This document shows positions 49,248 to 59,112 of a stretch of DNA of 64,000 nt, piece after piece. The notes beneath the pieces were generated by a model. That model was not told the DNA's origin. It was given only the letters and a program-made list of their open reading frames with translations, and searched no databases. The stretch spans positions 320,001 to 384,000 of the forward strand of contig CBDEUK010000001.1 in NCBI GenBank assembly GCA_965243205.1, read 5' to 3'. The position numbers were made by a program, and so were the translations under genes. This DNA is from Gammaproteobacteria bacterium. Lineage in GTDB: Bacteria > Pseudomonadota > Gammaproteobacteria > Eutrophobiales > Eutrophobiaceae. Each line of letters begins with the position of its first letter. The stretch's first letter is position 1.

Positions 49248-51776
49248 ATGAAAAAAAGTTTCTGGAAAAGTGATGCTCTGGTTGGGCTGATTATTTCGAT
49301 AATCTTCTTTCTCATCGCGCCAAGCAAATTTATCCAGAATATAGAAACCCTTGCCTATGATTACGGTGTTAAAAATTCCTCCCGTGAATCTGGTGACAAA
49401 GTCACTATCATTGCCATAGACGATCAAAGTATTGAGAACATAGGCCGCTGGCCATGGTCAAGATCTATCTTGGCTGAAATGATCGATAAGTTAAAAGCAG
49501 CTGGCGCTAAGGTCGTTTCTAACACTGTATTACTTTCCGAACCTCAGACATCTCCTATTAGCCAATATGTCGATGGTGCCATTAATTTACTAGAGAATGA
49601 TTCCAGTGCACGTTACTCTTCCAGCATTGCTGAAGCCATTGATCTATTAAAACAAGGTCGAAGTGATGTATTGGAAAATGATTCCTTACTTTCGACCAGT
49701 ATGGGAAATGCAAGCAATGTTATACTCGGCATGCAATTTGGTTTAGGTGAGCCTTTAGGCAAACCTGATAGCGCTCTGCCAGATTATGTTTCTAAACATA
49801 AATTAGAAAATGTACTAGGCGATCCAGAATTAGGCCGGCCTGCATTTGCAAATGCCATCACTCCTCCAATTTCTACCTTAGGAAACCAAGCCCAAGGCCT
49901 TGGACATATTAGTTTTCCTATTGATAACGATGGTGGCGTTAGAAAAGATTTATTACTAGTCGATTATTACAACGATTATTTTCCTTCAATAGCATTAATT
50001 ACCGCTGCGAAGAGTTTGAATTTAGGCCCTGAAGATATTCTGATTAAACAAGGTGAATCAGTGAATTTGTCTAACCTTGTGATTCAAACTGATCCAGCTT
50101 CACGCATGTACCCGTTTTTCTATCAAAATGCTGAAGGTGGTTCGCCATTTAAAGTGAATTCATTTTATGATGTGAAAGAAGGCAAGGTTTCGCCTGATGT
50201 TTTCAAGGATAAAATTGTCATCATTGGTGCTACGGCCTACGGCATAGGTACCAGCTTTAAAACACCAACAGATCCGACAATGTCACCCGCTATGGTTTTA
50301 GCAAACGTCGTTGCGAGTATTTTGAATCAACATTTTTTTGTGGTACCTAGTTGGGCCGTGATTGCGCAAATCCTGGCTTTTTTAATCGTTGCTCTCTTCC
50401 TTATTTTCGTACTACCTAAACTCAGTGCAAAGATGGCAGCGATTTCGAGCTTTTCGATATTCGCTATTTTGATTGCAGCGAATCAATTTCTAATGATCAA
50501 TCAAGCTATGTGGGTCAAATTAATGTTGCCTGCATTATTATTGCTTGGTGGTTATCTATTACTAATTACTAAACGTTACCTTGTCACCGAACGCGGCAAA
50601 CTAAAAGCCGACCAAGCTTCAGCGGACAGTAATCGCACACTTGGTCTTTCATACCAGCAACAAGGTCAATTGGATATGGCATTGGATAAATTCAAAGCTT
50701 GTCCATTAGATGATTCCATCATGGAACCTTTGTACAGCTTAGGTCTAGATTTCGAAAGTAAACGTCAATTCAACAAAGCCTGTGCTGTCTACGATTACAT
50801 GGCGACGCATGACAGCAATTACAAAGATATTAAAGAACGTATCCAACGCAGCCGCGCGCTTGAAGAAACCGTCATGCTTGGCGGTGGCGGTGGTGGCGGC
50901 TCTGCTGCAGGCACACTATTGCTTGATGGTGGCGGTGTGCAAAAACCCAAACTCGGTCGTTACGAGGTTGAAAAAGAACTCGGTAAAGGTGCTATGGGTG
51001 TTGTCTACCTTGGCAAAGATCCAAAAATTAATCGTGTTGTTGCCATCAAAACCATGGCTCTATCACAAGAATTTGAAGAAGATGAACTAGATGAAGTAAA
51101 AGAACGCTTCTTTCGTGAAGCTGAAACCGCTGGTCGCTTAGCGCACGCAAATATCGTCACAATCTTTGATGCTGGTGAGGAACATGATCTTGCCTATATT
51201 GCCATGGAATTCCTTGAAGGCCATGATTTAATGCGATACACCAAAGGGGATTCACTATTACCAGTCAAAACAGTGATGAATCTCATAGCTCAATCAGCTG
51301 ACGCCTTGAGCTATGCACACGAAGCTAGCGTAGTCCATCGAGATATAAAACCTGCTAATGTCATGTATGAGCCCGAATCCGGTAAGCTCAAATTAACCGA
51401 CTTTGGCATCGCACGAATTACTGATTCCAGCAAAACCAAGACTGGAATGATTCTAGGTACACCTTCGTATATGTCTCCTGAGCAACTGTCTGGTAAAAAG
51501 GTAGATGGTCGCTCTGACCTGTTCTCATTGGGCGTAATGTTTTACCAAATGCTTTGCGGAAAACTACCATTCAAGGGTGATTCTATGGCGACCTTAATGT
51601 ATAAAATCGCCAATGAAGACCACCCTGACTTGAACGAAGTGAACCCAAAATTTGCTAAATTGCCGTGTATCTCCCAAATCATCAATAAAGCTTTGGAGAA
51701 AGCTCCTGATAAGCGATATCAAGACGGTGCTGAGATGGCCGCTGATATTCGTAAGTGTATGAGCTACTTAAAATAA
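49248..51776 (+). CDS. CHASE2-sensor membrane Ser/Thr kinase (CHASE2 - 3 TM - TPR-like - kinase)
   Basis: IIAIDDQSIENIGRWPWSR, DNDGGVRK, KIVIIGATA; three TMs; LGLSYQQQGQLDMALDKF; GKGAMGVVY, VAIK, HRDIKPAN, DFG and GTPSYMSPE. Confidence 0.93.
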   Translation: MKKSFWKSDALVGLIISIIFFLIAPSKFIQNIETLAYDYGVKNSSRESGDKVTIIAIDDQSIENIGRWPWSRSILAEMIDKLKAAGAKVVSNTVLLSEPQTSPISQYVDGAINLLENDSSARYSSSIAEAIDLLKQGRSDVLENDSLLSTSMGNASNVILGMQFGLGEPLGKPDSALPDYVSKHKLENVLGDPELGRPAFANAITPPISTLGNQAQGLGHISFPIDNDGGVRKDLLLVDYYNDYFPSIALITAAKSLNLGPEDILIKQGESVNLSNLVIQTDPASRMYPFFYQNAEGGSPFKVNSFYDVKEGKVSPDVFKDKIVIIGATAYGIGTSFKTPTDPTMSPAMVLANVVASILNQHFFVVPSWAVIAQILAFLIVALFLIFVLPKLSAKMAAISSFSIFAILIAANQFLMINQAMWVKLMLPALLLLGGYLLLITKRYLVTERGKLKADQASADSNRTLGLSYQQQGQLDMALDKFKACPLDDSIMEPLYSLGLDFESKRQFNKACAVYDYMATHDSNYKDIKERIQRSRALEETVMLGGGGGGGSAAGTLLLDGGGVQKPKLGRYEVEKELGKGAMGVVYLGKDPKINRVVAIKTMALSQEFEEDELDEVKERFFREAETAGRLAHANIVTIFDAGEEHDLAYIAMEFLEGHDLMRYTKGDSLLPVKTVMNLIAQSADALSYAHEASVVHRDIKPANVMYEPESGKLKLTDFGIARITDSSKTKTGMILGTPSYMSPEQLSGKKVDGRSDLFSLGVMFYQMLCGKLPFKGDSMATLMYKIANEDHPDLNEVNPKFAKLPCISQIINKALEKAPDKRYQDGAEMAADIRKCMSYLK

Positions 51777-51778
51777 TT

Positions 51779-52543
51779 ATGACAAATCTAGCTAACTTAA
51801 ATGTAGTAAATATCTCTGATGTAGGACAAAAACGTCCCCATAATGAGGACAGCACTATTACTGATTCCAATAAAGGCATCATGATTTTAGCTGACGGTAT
51901 GGGGGGCTATAAAGCTGGGGAAGTGGCTAGCAGCATTGCCGTGACAGATGTATACCAATTACTGAAAATTGGTTTAGATAAGATTGATAACAATTCAAAT
52001 GGTTCTGGCGGAATCAGTACAGAATCTATTTTGCTCGAAAAAGCTATTAGTGCTGCAAACTTAAAGATCTATAACTTAGCGACGCATGAAAACTCCTGCC
52101 AAGGCATGGGAACAACCATCGTCACCTGTCTTGTGAGAGAAAACCATCTAGTGGTGGGGCATGTTGGCGATTCAAGAATGTACCGTCTAAGAGCCGATGT
52201 CTTTGAACAAATCACTAAGGATCACTCGCTGATCCAGGAATTAGTCGACCGAGGCCTATATTCTGAAGAGGAAGCTGCCGCTAATACACCCAAAAATTTA
52301 GTAACAAGAGCTTTGGGTATCGATACAGAGGTCGAGGTCGATGTATTTGAAGAAGCAACCGTGAGTGGTGATATTTACCTCCTTTGCTCGGACGGATTAA
52401 CAGATATGGTAAAAGATGAAGAAATTCACTTAACCCTAAGTAAATATAGTGCTAATCTTGTACAAGGAGCTAACGAATTAGTTCGAATGGCGAACCAAAA
52501 TGGTGGCAAGGATAATATTTCTGTCATTTTGGTGCAGGTCTGA
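51779..52543 (+). CDS. PP2C/PPM-family Ser/Thr phosphatase (Stp1/PrpC type)
   Basis: SDVGQKRPHNED, ADGMGG, GMGTT, HVGDSR, TRALG, LCSDGL and GGKDNIS; ATG 51779 lies 2 bp after the kinase stop. Confidence 0.93.
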   Translation: MTNLANLNVVNISDVGQKRPHNEDSTITDSNKGIMILADGMGGYKAGEVASSIAVTDVYQLLKIGLDKIDNNSNGSGGISTESILLEKAISAANLKIYNLATHENSCQGMGTTIVTCLVRENHLVVGHVGDSRMYRLRADVFEQITKDHSLIQELVDRGLYSEEEAAANTPKNLVTRALGIDTEVEVDVFEEATVSGDIYLLCSDGLTDMVKDEEIHLTLSKYSANLVQGANELVRMANQNGGKDNISVILVQV

Positions 52544-52608
52544 GATAATCCAGATTTTGCATTCTTTTTTGATTTTTTGACGAATAATTGGGGAAACAGG
52601 GCTCAACG

Positions 52609-53331
52609 ATGGCAAAGTTAGTTCTTAGTCTAAATGGGGTTGTCCAAGGGGAATATGAGCTTAATCAAGAGCGCATTTCCATCGGTCGCAAACCAGATAA
52701 TAACATTCAAATCGATAATTTAGCGGTCAGCGGCAAACACGCACTGGTCATTTCAATTCTTGACGATTCATTTCTAGAAGACCTAGGTAGTACCAATGGT
52801 ACTTATGTGAATGGTAAATTAATCAAAAAACACGCGTTGAAAGACGGTGATGTTGTCTCAATCGGCAAACATGAGCTGAAGTATGTCAATGAACACGCTA
52901 CAGCCGATGATGATGAGTTTGAAAAAACCATGATCATCAAACCTGGCTCTGCTAGTGCCGCCGTTGCTGCTGCTGAAGCTGCCACTGCATCTGGTGTCGC
53001 AACTCCTGCACCATCTGGCACTTCAACTCCAGTCAACCCTGGCTCAGGCATGCCATTAGGTCGCCTGACTGTGTTAAATGGCCCTATTGCAGGCAAAGAA
53101 TTACAACTCACAAAAGCATTAGTCACACTGGGTAAACCAGGAACTCAAGTTGCCGTAATATCCCGACGTCCTCAAGGGTACTTCCTAACGCACATTGAAA
53201 GCGATGGTGACGGTAAACGTTATCCTATTGTGAATGGTGACGCGATTGGCCCGAAAGCTTACCAATTAACCAATAGCGATTTAATTGAGTTAGCTGGAAT
53301 TAAAATGGAATTCAATACCATCGAGCAGTAA
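52609..53331 (+). CDS. FHA-domain protein with a second, degenerate FHA-like domain
   Basis: IGRKPDN..VSGKHA..DLGSTNGTYVNG, an Ala/Pro linker, then LTVLNGP..LGKPG..PIVNG..SDLIELAG; ATG at 52609. Confidence 0.9.
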   Translation: MAKLVLSLNGVVQGEYELNQERISIGRKPDNNIQIDNLAVSGKHALVISILDDSFLEDLGSTNGTYVNGKLIKKHALKDGDVVSIGKHELKYVNEHATADDDEFEKTMIIKPGSASAAVAAAEAATASGVATPAPSGTSTPVNPGSGMPLGRLTVLNGPIAGKELQLTKALVTLGKPGTQVAVISRRPQGYFLTHIESDGDGKRYPIVNGDAIGPKAYQLTNSDLIELAGIKMEFNTIEQ

Positions 53332-53346
53332 TCCACTACTGCTCGA
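53321..53346. terminator. Stem-loop between the convergent FHA and cyclase genes
   Basis: tcgagcagta-atccac-tactgctcga, a perfect 10-bp stem with no clear U-tail. Confidence 0.55.
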
Positions 53347-53363
53347 ATTAATGCATACAATTC

Positions 53364-55619
53364 TTACTTAGTTGTCCAATTAAACACACCATCCCAATCA
53401 GTCCCTGGTGGATTGGCTCTAAGATGTTTGATTCTGTCTGTATAAGCTTGGTAAATCTTTGGAGTTTTTGACGAGTTCATTAAATTTATAAATTGAACCT
53501 CAGCCATATCCCAGTTTTGCTCACGATAATATGCAACAGCTTGTCGATATAACTTAATTTCATCTTTTAATTCTTTAGTGACCTGTTCTCTTAAGCACAG
53601 AGGTTCATAAATAATAACCGGTTCATCTTTACCTTTTACCCGAATCTTATCTAGTTCTCGATACACATATTCTGGTGCGGCGGCTTTAGTAAACTCACTG
53701 ACCAATAATTCAACGCCATACTGTTTAGTCATACCTTCTAATCTTGAACCTAAGTTCACAGCATCTCCCATTACAGTATAGGCTTTGCGGAATTCGGATC
53801 CCATATCACCCACACGCATTGGCCCAGTATTTAATCCAATACCAATCTTTAATTCTGGCCAACCACGTTTTACGAACTCTTTATTCATTTTCCTAAGAAT
53901 TGATAACATTTCTAACGAGGCATCGATTGCCGATTTTGCATGACTAGGGTGCTCCAGTGGCGCACCCCAAAACGCCATCACAGCATCACCGATGTATTTA
54001 TCAATGGTTCCACGATGTTTTTGGATGATATTCGTCATTGGAGTTAAATATTCGTTAAGTAAATCTGATAAATCCTGCGCATTCATCGCTTCTGAAATAC
54101 TAGTAAAACTGCGTATATCTGAAAATAATACAGTAAGGTCTCGAACCTCAGCTTCTAAAGTATATCGACTTGGGTCGTTACTCATTTCTTCAACTAATTC
54201 AGGAGGAATATACTGGCCGAATAAACCAGCAATCTGTCGCTCACCGCGTTTGGTAATGAAAAAGCCATAACTCATCGCTAATAAAAACATGGATAAAATC
54301 ATGAGTAATGATGCAGCGATAGGTATTACTAAATTCATTTGCGTCCAAGCAAAGGTATTTAATAAAAAGACAAACAGTAACAAACCAGCAGTAGTCATTG
54401 TTGCGGCTATTGGCGTGAGAGTCGTGACATAAAGTGCAATGATTAAACCTAATAGAACTAAGATAATCACTTCAGCACCTAAAACATAATATGGCTGTTC
54501 TTTAACTCGTTTATCAAACACACCTGAAATTAAATTAGCGTGTACTTCGACTCCAGGTAACGCACTTTGCACGGGCGTATTTCGTAAATCGAATAACCCT
54601 TTGGCGGACGAACCGACTAAGACAACACGATCGTACAAAATAGATTTATCGACTTTGCCCTTAATTACATCTACGGCAGAAATATATGGGAAACTTCCTT
54701 CCTTACCGCGATAAGGTACTAACACATTTGAATTTTCATCAACTGGTATTTTTCGATCACCAACTTTAAAATAATCAGGTGATTTATAATCCGATAGGTA
54801 AAAGTTAAAACCATAGATTGGTTCAACCGTTTTACTCTTCATAATATGTCTGATAATGGCCAATGATAATGATTCATAAAAATTATCATCATATTCATAA
54901 AATATTGGAACTCGACGAACAGAGCCATCGCCATCTAAAGTAGGATTAAAATGTCCTGCACCTTTAGCACTGTTAAAAATAGATTCTAAACTTGCACCAT
55001 AACCTTGTGCAGAAGGTGGCTGAAAGTTTCTAGCAGCAAATTCTTTGGATGAAAAAATAGGCTTAGGCAGTTTGCCTGCTTTAATAACCTCCTCACCTTC
55101 TTCAAAACTTTCAAAGAAATAACCTAAAATAACAGGTCGGTCTTTCAAACTCTTGGTGAATAACTGATCGTAATCTAGTGAAGGTTTAATTTTTTTTAGT
55201 CTTTGTTGATATTCTGCAACGTCTTTAAATTGATTATTGGCCAATTTTTCTAAAATTTGTAAACCAGAACTATTATCTGGTTCAGCAAACACCACATCAA
55301 AGCCCACAACTTCGACTTTGTATTTTTCAAATAATTGATTGGTTAGTTTGGCTAATTGATCTCTTCCCCAAGGCCAACGCCCTACTTCTAACAAACTTTT
55401 TTCGTCGATATCAACTATAACAATACGATCATCGACTGTTTCTTGTGCGCTAAGAATGACTCTAGCGTCGTAAGCCATGTTTTCGATTTGATCAATGAAA
55501 TTCCAATGAAAGAACTGACCACGATCGGTCACAACGTGTAGCACGAATATCAGTAACAACAACAACTCAAGGCCAATTAACGGTAACTGCTTTTTTAGCC
55601 GGTCAAGTATCTTGTTCAT
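53364..55619 (-). CDS. CHASE2-domain class III adenylate cyclase
   Basis: IVDIDEKSLLEVGRWPWGR, DGDGSVRR, PGVEVHAN; three TMs; VLFSDIRSFT, DKYIGDAVMAFWGAP, YTVMGDAVNLGSRLE; TPR-like tail ending WDGV. Confidence 0.93.
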   Translation of the reverse strand: MNKILDRLKKQLPLIGLELLLLLIFVLHVVTDRGQFFHWNFIDQIENMAYDARVILSAQETVDDRIVIVDIDEKSLLEVGRWPWGRDQLAKLTNQLFEKYKVEVVGFDVVFAEPDNSSGLQILEKLANNQFKDVAEYQQRLKKIKPSLDYDQLFTKSLKDRPVILGYFFESFEEGEEVIKAGKLPKPIFSSKEFAARNFQPPSAQGYGASLESIFNSAKGAGHFNPTLDGDGSVRRVPIFYEYDDNFYESLSLAIIRHIMKSKTVEPIYGFNFYLSDYKSPDYFKVGDRKIPVDENSNVLVPYRGKEGSFPYISAVDVIKGKVDKSILYDRVVLVGSSAKGLFDLRNTPVQSALPGVEVHANLISGVFDKRVKEQPYYVLGAEVIILVLLGLIIALYVTTLTPIAATMTTAGLLLFVFLLNTFAWTQMNLVIPIAASLLMILSMFLLAMSYGFFITKRGERQIAGLFGQYIPPELVEEMSNDPSRYTLEAEVRDLTVLFSDIRSFTSISEAMNAQDLSDLLNEYLTPMTNIIQKHRGTIDKYIGDAVMAFWGAPLEHPSHAKSAIDASLEMLSILRKMNKEFVKRGWPELKIGIGLNTGPMRVGDMGSEFRKAYTVMGDAVNLGSRLEGMTKQYGVELLVSEFTKAAAPEYVYRELDKIRVKGKDEPVIIYEPLCLREQVTKELKDEIKLYRQAVAYYREQNWDMAEVQFINLMNSSKTPKIYQAYTDRIKHLRANPPGTDWDGVFNWTTK

Positions 55620-55740
55620 ATAAACGTTCTTCAGTCGTTTCTTGTTATTGTCCCAAGATAGTAAGTATTGTTGTATTTAATCGAAACTGCAACAAAATTA
55701 GAGACTTATTTTATAAATTTACATTGAATTTTTAACTTAA

Positions 55741-56388
55741 TTAAGGCTTATCTAGGTATTTTTTCTTATCTCGCCATTCGCATAAATCTTCGATAGCACA
55801 TCCTGCACACTTTGGGTTTCTAGCAATACAGGTATATCGACCGTGCAATATCAGCCAATGATGCGCATCGAGTTTGAATTCCTCTGGAACAAATTTGAGT
55901 AATTTTTTTTCAACTTCTAAAACATTTTTTCCTGGTGCGATTCCTGTACGGTTTGAGACACGAAAAATATGGGTATCAACCGCAATTGTCGGTTGCCCAA
56001 ATGCTGTATTTAAAATCACATTAGCGGTCTTGCGCCCAACTCCAGGCAATGCTTCCAATGCCTCACGGTTTTCAGGCACTTGTCCATCATGTTGTTCTAA
56101 TAAAATTCTACAAGTCTTAATAATATTCTCAGCTTTAGCGTTATAAAGACCAATTGTTTTTATATATTTTTTTAAACCACTGACACCAAGTTCTAATATC
56201 GCTTTAGGCGTATTGGCAATAGGATATAATTTACTCGTCGCTTTATTAACTCCAACATCGGTTGCTTGTGCCGAGAGAATCACCGCAATCAATAATTCAA
56301 ACGAATTATCATATTGCAATTCAGTGGTTGGCTTAGGGTTAAGATTTTTTAAGCGTTGAAAAATGTCTGTGCGTTTTAATTTGTTCAA
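55741..56388 (-). CDS. nth: Endonuclease III
   Basis: LLIAVILSAQATD, LPGVGRKTAN, AVDTHIFRV and CIARNPKCAGCAIEDLC; TTG start. Confidence 0.96.
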   Translation of the reverse strand: MNKLKRTDIFQRLKNLNPKPTTELQYDNSFELLIAVILSAQATDVGVNKATSKLYPIANTPKAILELGVSGLKKYIKTIGLYNAKAENIIKTCRILLEQHDGQVPENREALEALPGVGRKTANVILNTAFGQPTIAVDTHIFRVSNRTGIAPGKNVLEVEKKLLKFVPEEFKLDAHHWLILHGRYTCIARNPKCAGCAIEDLCEWRDKKKYLDKP

Positions 56389-56477
56389 AACAAGCCTTGT
56401 CTAAGATGAATAATATGTTTGCAACTTTTTTTATTGCTATCATACTAAAAGTTAATTCAAAACGATAAATTAAGATC

Positions 56478-56843
56478 ATGCATAAAATATTATTAATTAC
56501 ATTATTCGTATTATTAAGCCTGCAATCCAAAGCAAATGAAAGATTACCTGATGGACATAAGCTTTTGCAAAATGAACAAGGCGAATATTACATCGAAAAT
56601 AAAGAAGGTATTGTGATGATTGACCCATCAATTATCTCATTAGGTCATCAACGACAATGGATCGTTGCTTGTGTGAAAAACGATTCTATCGATACCGATC
56701 CAAAACGTTATTACTTTATCAATCTTAAAATCGGCGGTACTACCGATTCGATTAATCAAGAAAATTGGGAATACTTCAAAACAGCCTACGATGGTCTCGG
56801 AGATGTCGAACTGAAACCACTTACTGAAGAAACTTGCCCTTAA
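56478..56843 (+). CDS. Small secreted hypothetical protein (loosely DUF3997-like)
   Basis: Signal peptide then LPDGHKL..IDPSIISLG..WIVA..YYFIN; the family resemblance is from memory only. Confidence 0.55.
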   Translation: MHKILLITLFVLLSLQSKANERLPDGHKLLQNEQGEYYIENKEGIVMIDPSIISLGHQRQWIVACVKNDSIDTDPKRYYFINLKIGGTTDSINQENWEYFKTAYDGLGDVELKPLTEETCP

Positions 56844-56960
56844 GAAAATACATTAAAAATACTAGATAATACTTTTGTATAGTTGTCAGTTTAGAGTCTT
56901 CGACGTTACAATATAGCTTCAGTATATTATTCCAGATTTGTGGAACTGGGGGAGAGTTTC

Positions 56961-58088
56961 ATGACTTACAATAAAATTGGTTTAGTATTAACCACGTTAC
57001 TATTTTTGAGTTCATTCAATGTCTGGGCCGGTGGGACACCGGCTCCACCTTCATCAAGCAGCCAAGTTTGTACTGATGCCCTCAGAACAGATCCAACCGT
57101 TTGTCTAAATGGCGTGGGGGCCGGAACATACGGCACCGATAATGTTCGTTTAACCACGACCAGTTTTTCTGCTGCGACTAACAGCGCCAGTAATGATGAT
57201 AATACTCAAACCAGTCAACGTTTTGGTGAATCGAATCTTAATGGTGTTGCTGCTGGTGATCACTTTCATGGTTGGGGATTCTGGGGCAGTTTTAACAACA
57301 CTGAATTCGATGGCTCTTTAGCACTTGCTGGTAACACCAATATTTCTCGTGTTGCTTATGATGGTGATATCAAAACATTCTTGTTCGGTGCGGATAAATT
57401 AGTCACAGATAGATTAGTACTTGGTTTAGCTCTGGGTTATGAAGAATCGGACGTTTTTACACTTTATAATGGTGGTAATAACCAATCTGATGGGTTCACA
57501 GTTGTTCCCTATGCAGCCTATTTGTTGAATGATTTCATTAGCATTGATGCGGCAGTGGGATATACACAATTAGAATACGATACTGATCGAGTCTCACTTG
57601 CTTCAGCAGGTACTACTAATATAGGTTCTTATGACTCTGATCGGTGGTTCGCATCAATTAATCTAAATGCTACTGGCAATATTGGTAATTTTCTAATAAC
57701 TGGTCGAGCAGGGTATCTTTACACTGAGGAAGACCAAGATGCTTACCAAGAAACTGGCGGTACAGATGCAAGGGCAGTCGGTGCTCGAAAACTTGATTTA
57801 TCTCAAATTCAACTGGGTTTTGAAGTCGCCTATGATAGTGTTTTGATGCCATATGCCGGTTTGACCTGGGCCAATGATATAGATCGAGAAACAGGGGGTA
57901 ACGGCCTACAACCAGGGCTACCGGGTGGCAATCAAGTCGTATTCGAAGACAGCAATGAAATACAACTTGGCTTTGGTTTACGACATTTTGGTGATATGTT
58001 AAGCGTCATGTTAGATGTGAATACGGTTTTAGAACGTGATAGTTTTGATAGTCATAGTGTTATGTTCACATTACGTACCGATTTGTAA
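56961..58088 (+). CDS. Autotransporter beta-barrel protein with a very short passenger (AT1)
   Basis: Signal peptide, ~70-aa passenger with a Cys pair, GVAAGD linker, then amphipathic strands (FGADK..LGLALGYE, VVPYAAY); ATG 56961 after GGGGAG. Confidence 0.8.
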   Translation: MTYNKIGLVLTTLLFLSSFNVWAGGTPAPPSSSSQVCTDALRTDPTVCLNGVGAGTYGTDNVRLTTTSFSAATNSASNDDNTQTSQRFGESNLNGVAAGDHFHGWGFWGSFNNTEFDGSLALAGNTNISRVAYDGDIKTFLFGADKLVTDRLVLGLALGYEESDVFTLYNGGNNQSDGFTVVPYAAYLLNDFISIDAAVGYTQLEYDTDRVSLASAGTTNIGSYDSDRWFASINLNATGNIGNFLITGRAGYLYTEEDQDAYQETGGTDARAVGARKLDLSQIQLGFEVAYDSVLMPYAGLTWANDIDRETGGNGLQPGLPGGNQVVFEDSNEIQLGFGLRHFGDMLSVMLDVNTVLERDSFDSHSVMFTLRTDL

Positions 58089-58110
58089 TAGAATCCAACA
58101 CTGGAAAATT

Positions 58111-58139
58111 AAAGGGCCATGAATTTCATGGCCTTTTTT
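58111..58139 (+). terminator. Intrinsic terminator after AT1
   Basis: aaagggccatgaa-t-ttcatggccttttt. Confidence 0.85.
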
Positions 58140-58165
58140 ATATATAAAAACAATAAGGTTTCTCC

Positions 58166-59020
58166 ATGCAATTAATTTCATACAGTGTTAATAACGATCG
58201 CAGAGTCGGCGCATTACAAGAACAAGCTATTTTCGATGCAGGCGATGAATACGCAGGACCAGATGGAATGCTACGTTTTTTAGAAGCAGGAAAACCTGCG
58301 ACCACTACTCTTCAGGATAAAATATCCTCTGGAGCTGCTAACCATAGTCTCGATAACATAACATTACTTGCCCCTGTTAGACGCCCGCCTAAATTCTTTG
58401 GTGTGAGTTTAAATTACGCTGACCACATCGCTGAAACTGGCCTTGAACAACCCGAGTACCCAACGTTTTTCAATAAACAATCAACCTGTGTGATTGGACC
58501 AGGAGAATCCATCGTCCGCCCGAATGTCTCAGAAAAACTGGATTATGAAGGAGAATTAGGTGTAGTGATTGGCCAATTTTGTCACCAAGTTACTAAAGAA
58601 CAAGCCAAAGATGCTATAGCAGGTTATACCATTGTAAATGATGTTTCGGTACGGGATTGGCAAATGCGCTCCCATACATGGACCTTAGGAAAGTCTTTCG
58701 ACACCCATGGCCCAATAGGTCCAATGATAGTAACCACTGACGAACTAGACGACCCCCATAAGCTTGATATTAAAACTTGGGTTGATAATGAACTTCGACA
58801 AGATTCCAATACCCGCCATCTCATTTTTGATTGTTATGATTTAGTGGAATATCTATCTTCGGTAATGACCTTAGAGCCCGGCGATATTATTGCCACAGGC
58901 ACCAGCAGTGGAGTCGGTGTGAAAATGAAACCTCGCGGTTACATGAAACCAGGCCAAACTGTGACCATTGAAATCGAAAAAATTGGAAAATTAAGCAATA
59001 ATATTATCCAAGAATCCTAA
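58166..59020 (+). CDS. Fumarylacetoacetate hydrolase family protein
   Basis: SLNYADH, LDYEGELGVVIG, NDVSVRDWQ, GKSFDTHGPIGP and TLEPGDIIATGT. Confidence 0.93.
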   Translation: MQLISYSVNNDRRVGALQEQAIFDAGDEYAGPDGMLRFLEAGKPATTTLQDKISSGAANHSLDNITLLAPVRRPPKFFGVSLNYADHIAETGLEQPEYPTFFNKQSTCVIGPGESIVRPNVSEKLDYEGELGVVIGQFCHQVTKEQAKDAIAGYTIVNDVSVRDWQMRSHTWTLGKSFDTHGPIGPMIVTTDELDDPHKLDIKTWVDNELRQDSNTRHLIFDCYDLVEYLSSVMTLEPGDIIATGTSSGVGVKMKPRGYMKPGQTVTIEIEKIGKLSNNIIQES

Positions 59021-59112
59021 TAAAAACAGTTACTAATACTAAATATCTATTTCTCTTTCTAGAAATAAAAGCTATTATTTAATAAATTACATTAAATAAT
59101 ACTGGTAACGTT

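Noticed and set aside
50880-50900. GGY x7 tract as a phase-variable repeat
   Set aside because: In-frame mixed Gly codons; a flexible linker rather than a slippage switch
49248-53331. Kinase/PP2C/FHA as a T6SS cluster (ppkA-pppA-fha)
   Set aside because: No tss, hcp or vgrG genes in the window, and the domain order (sensor first, kinase last) differs from PpkA
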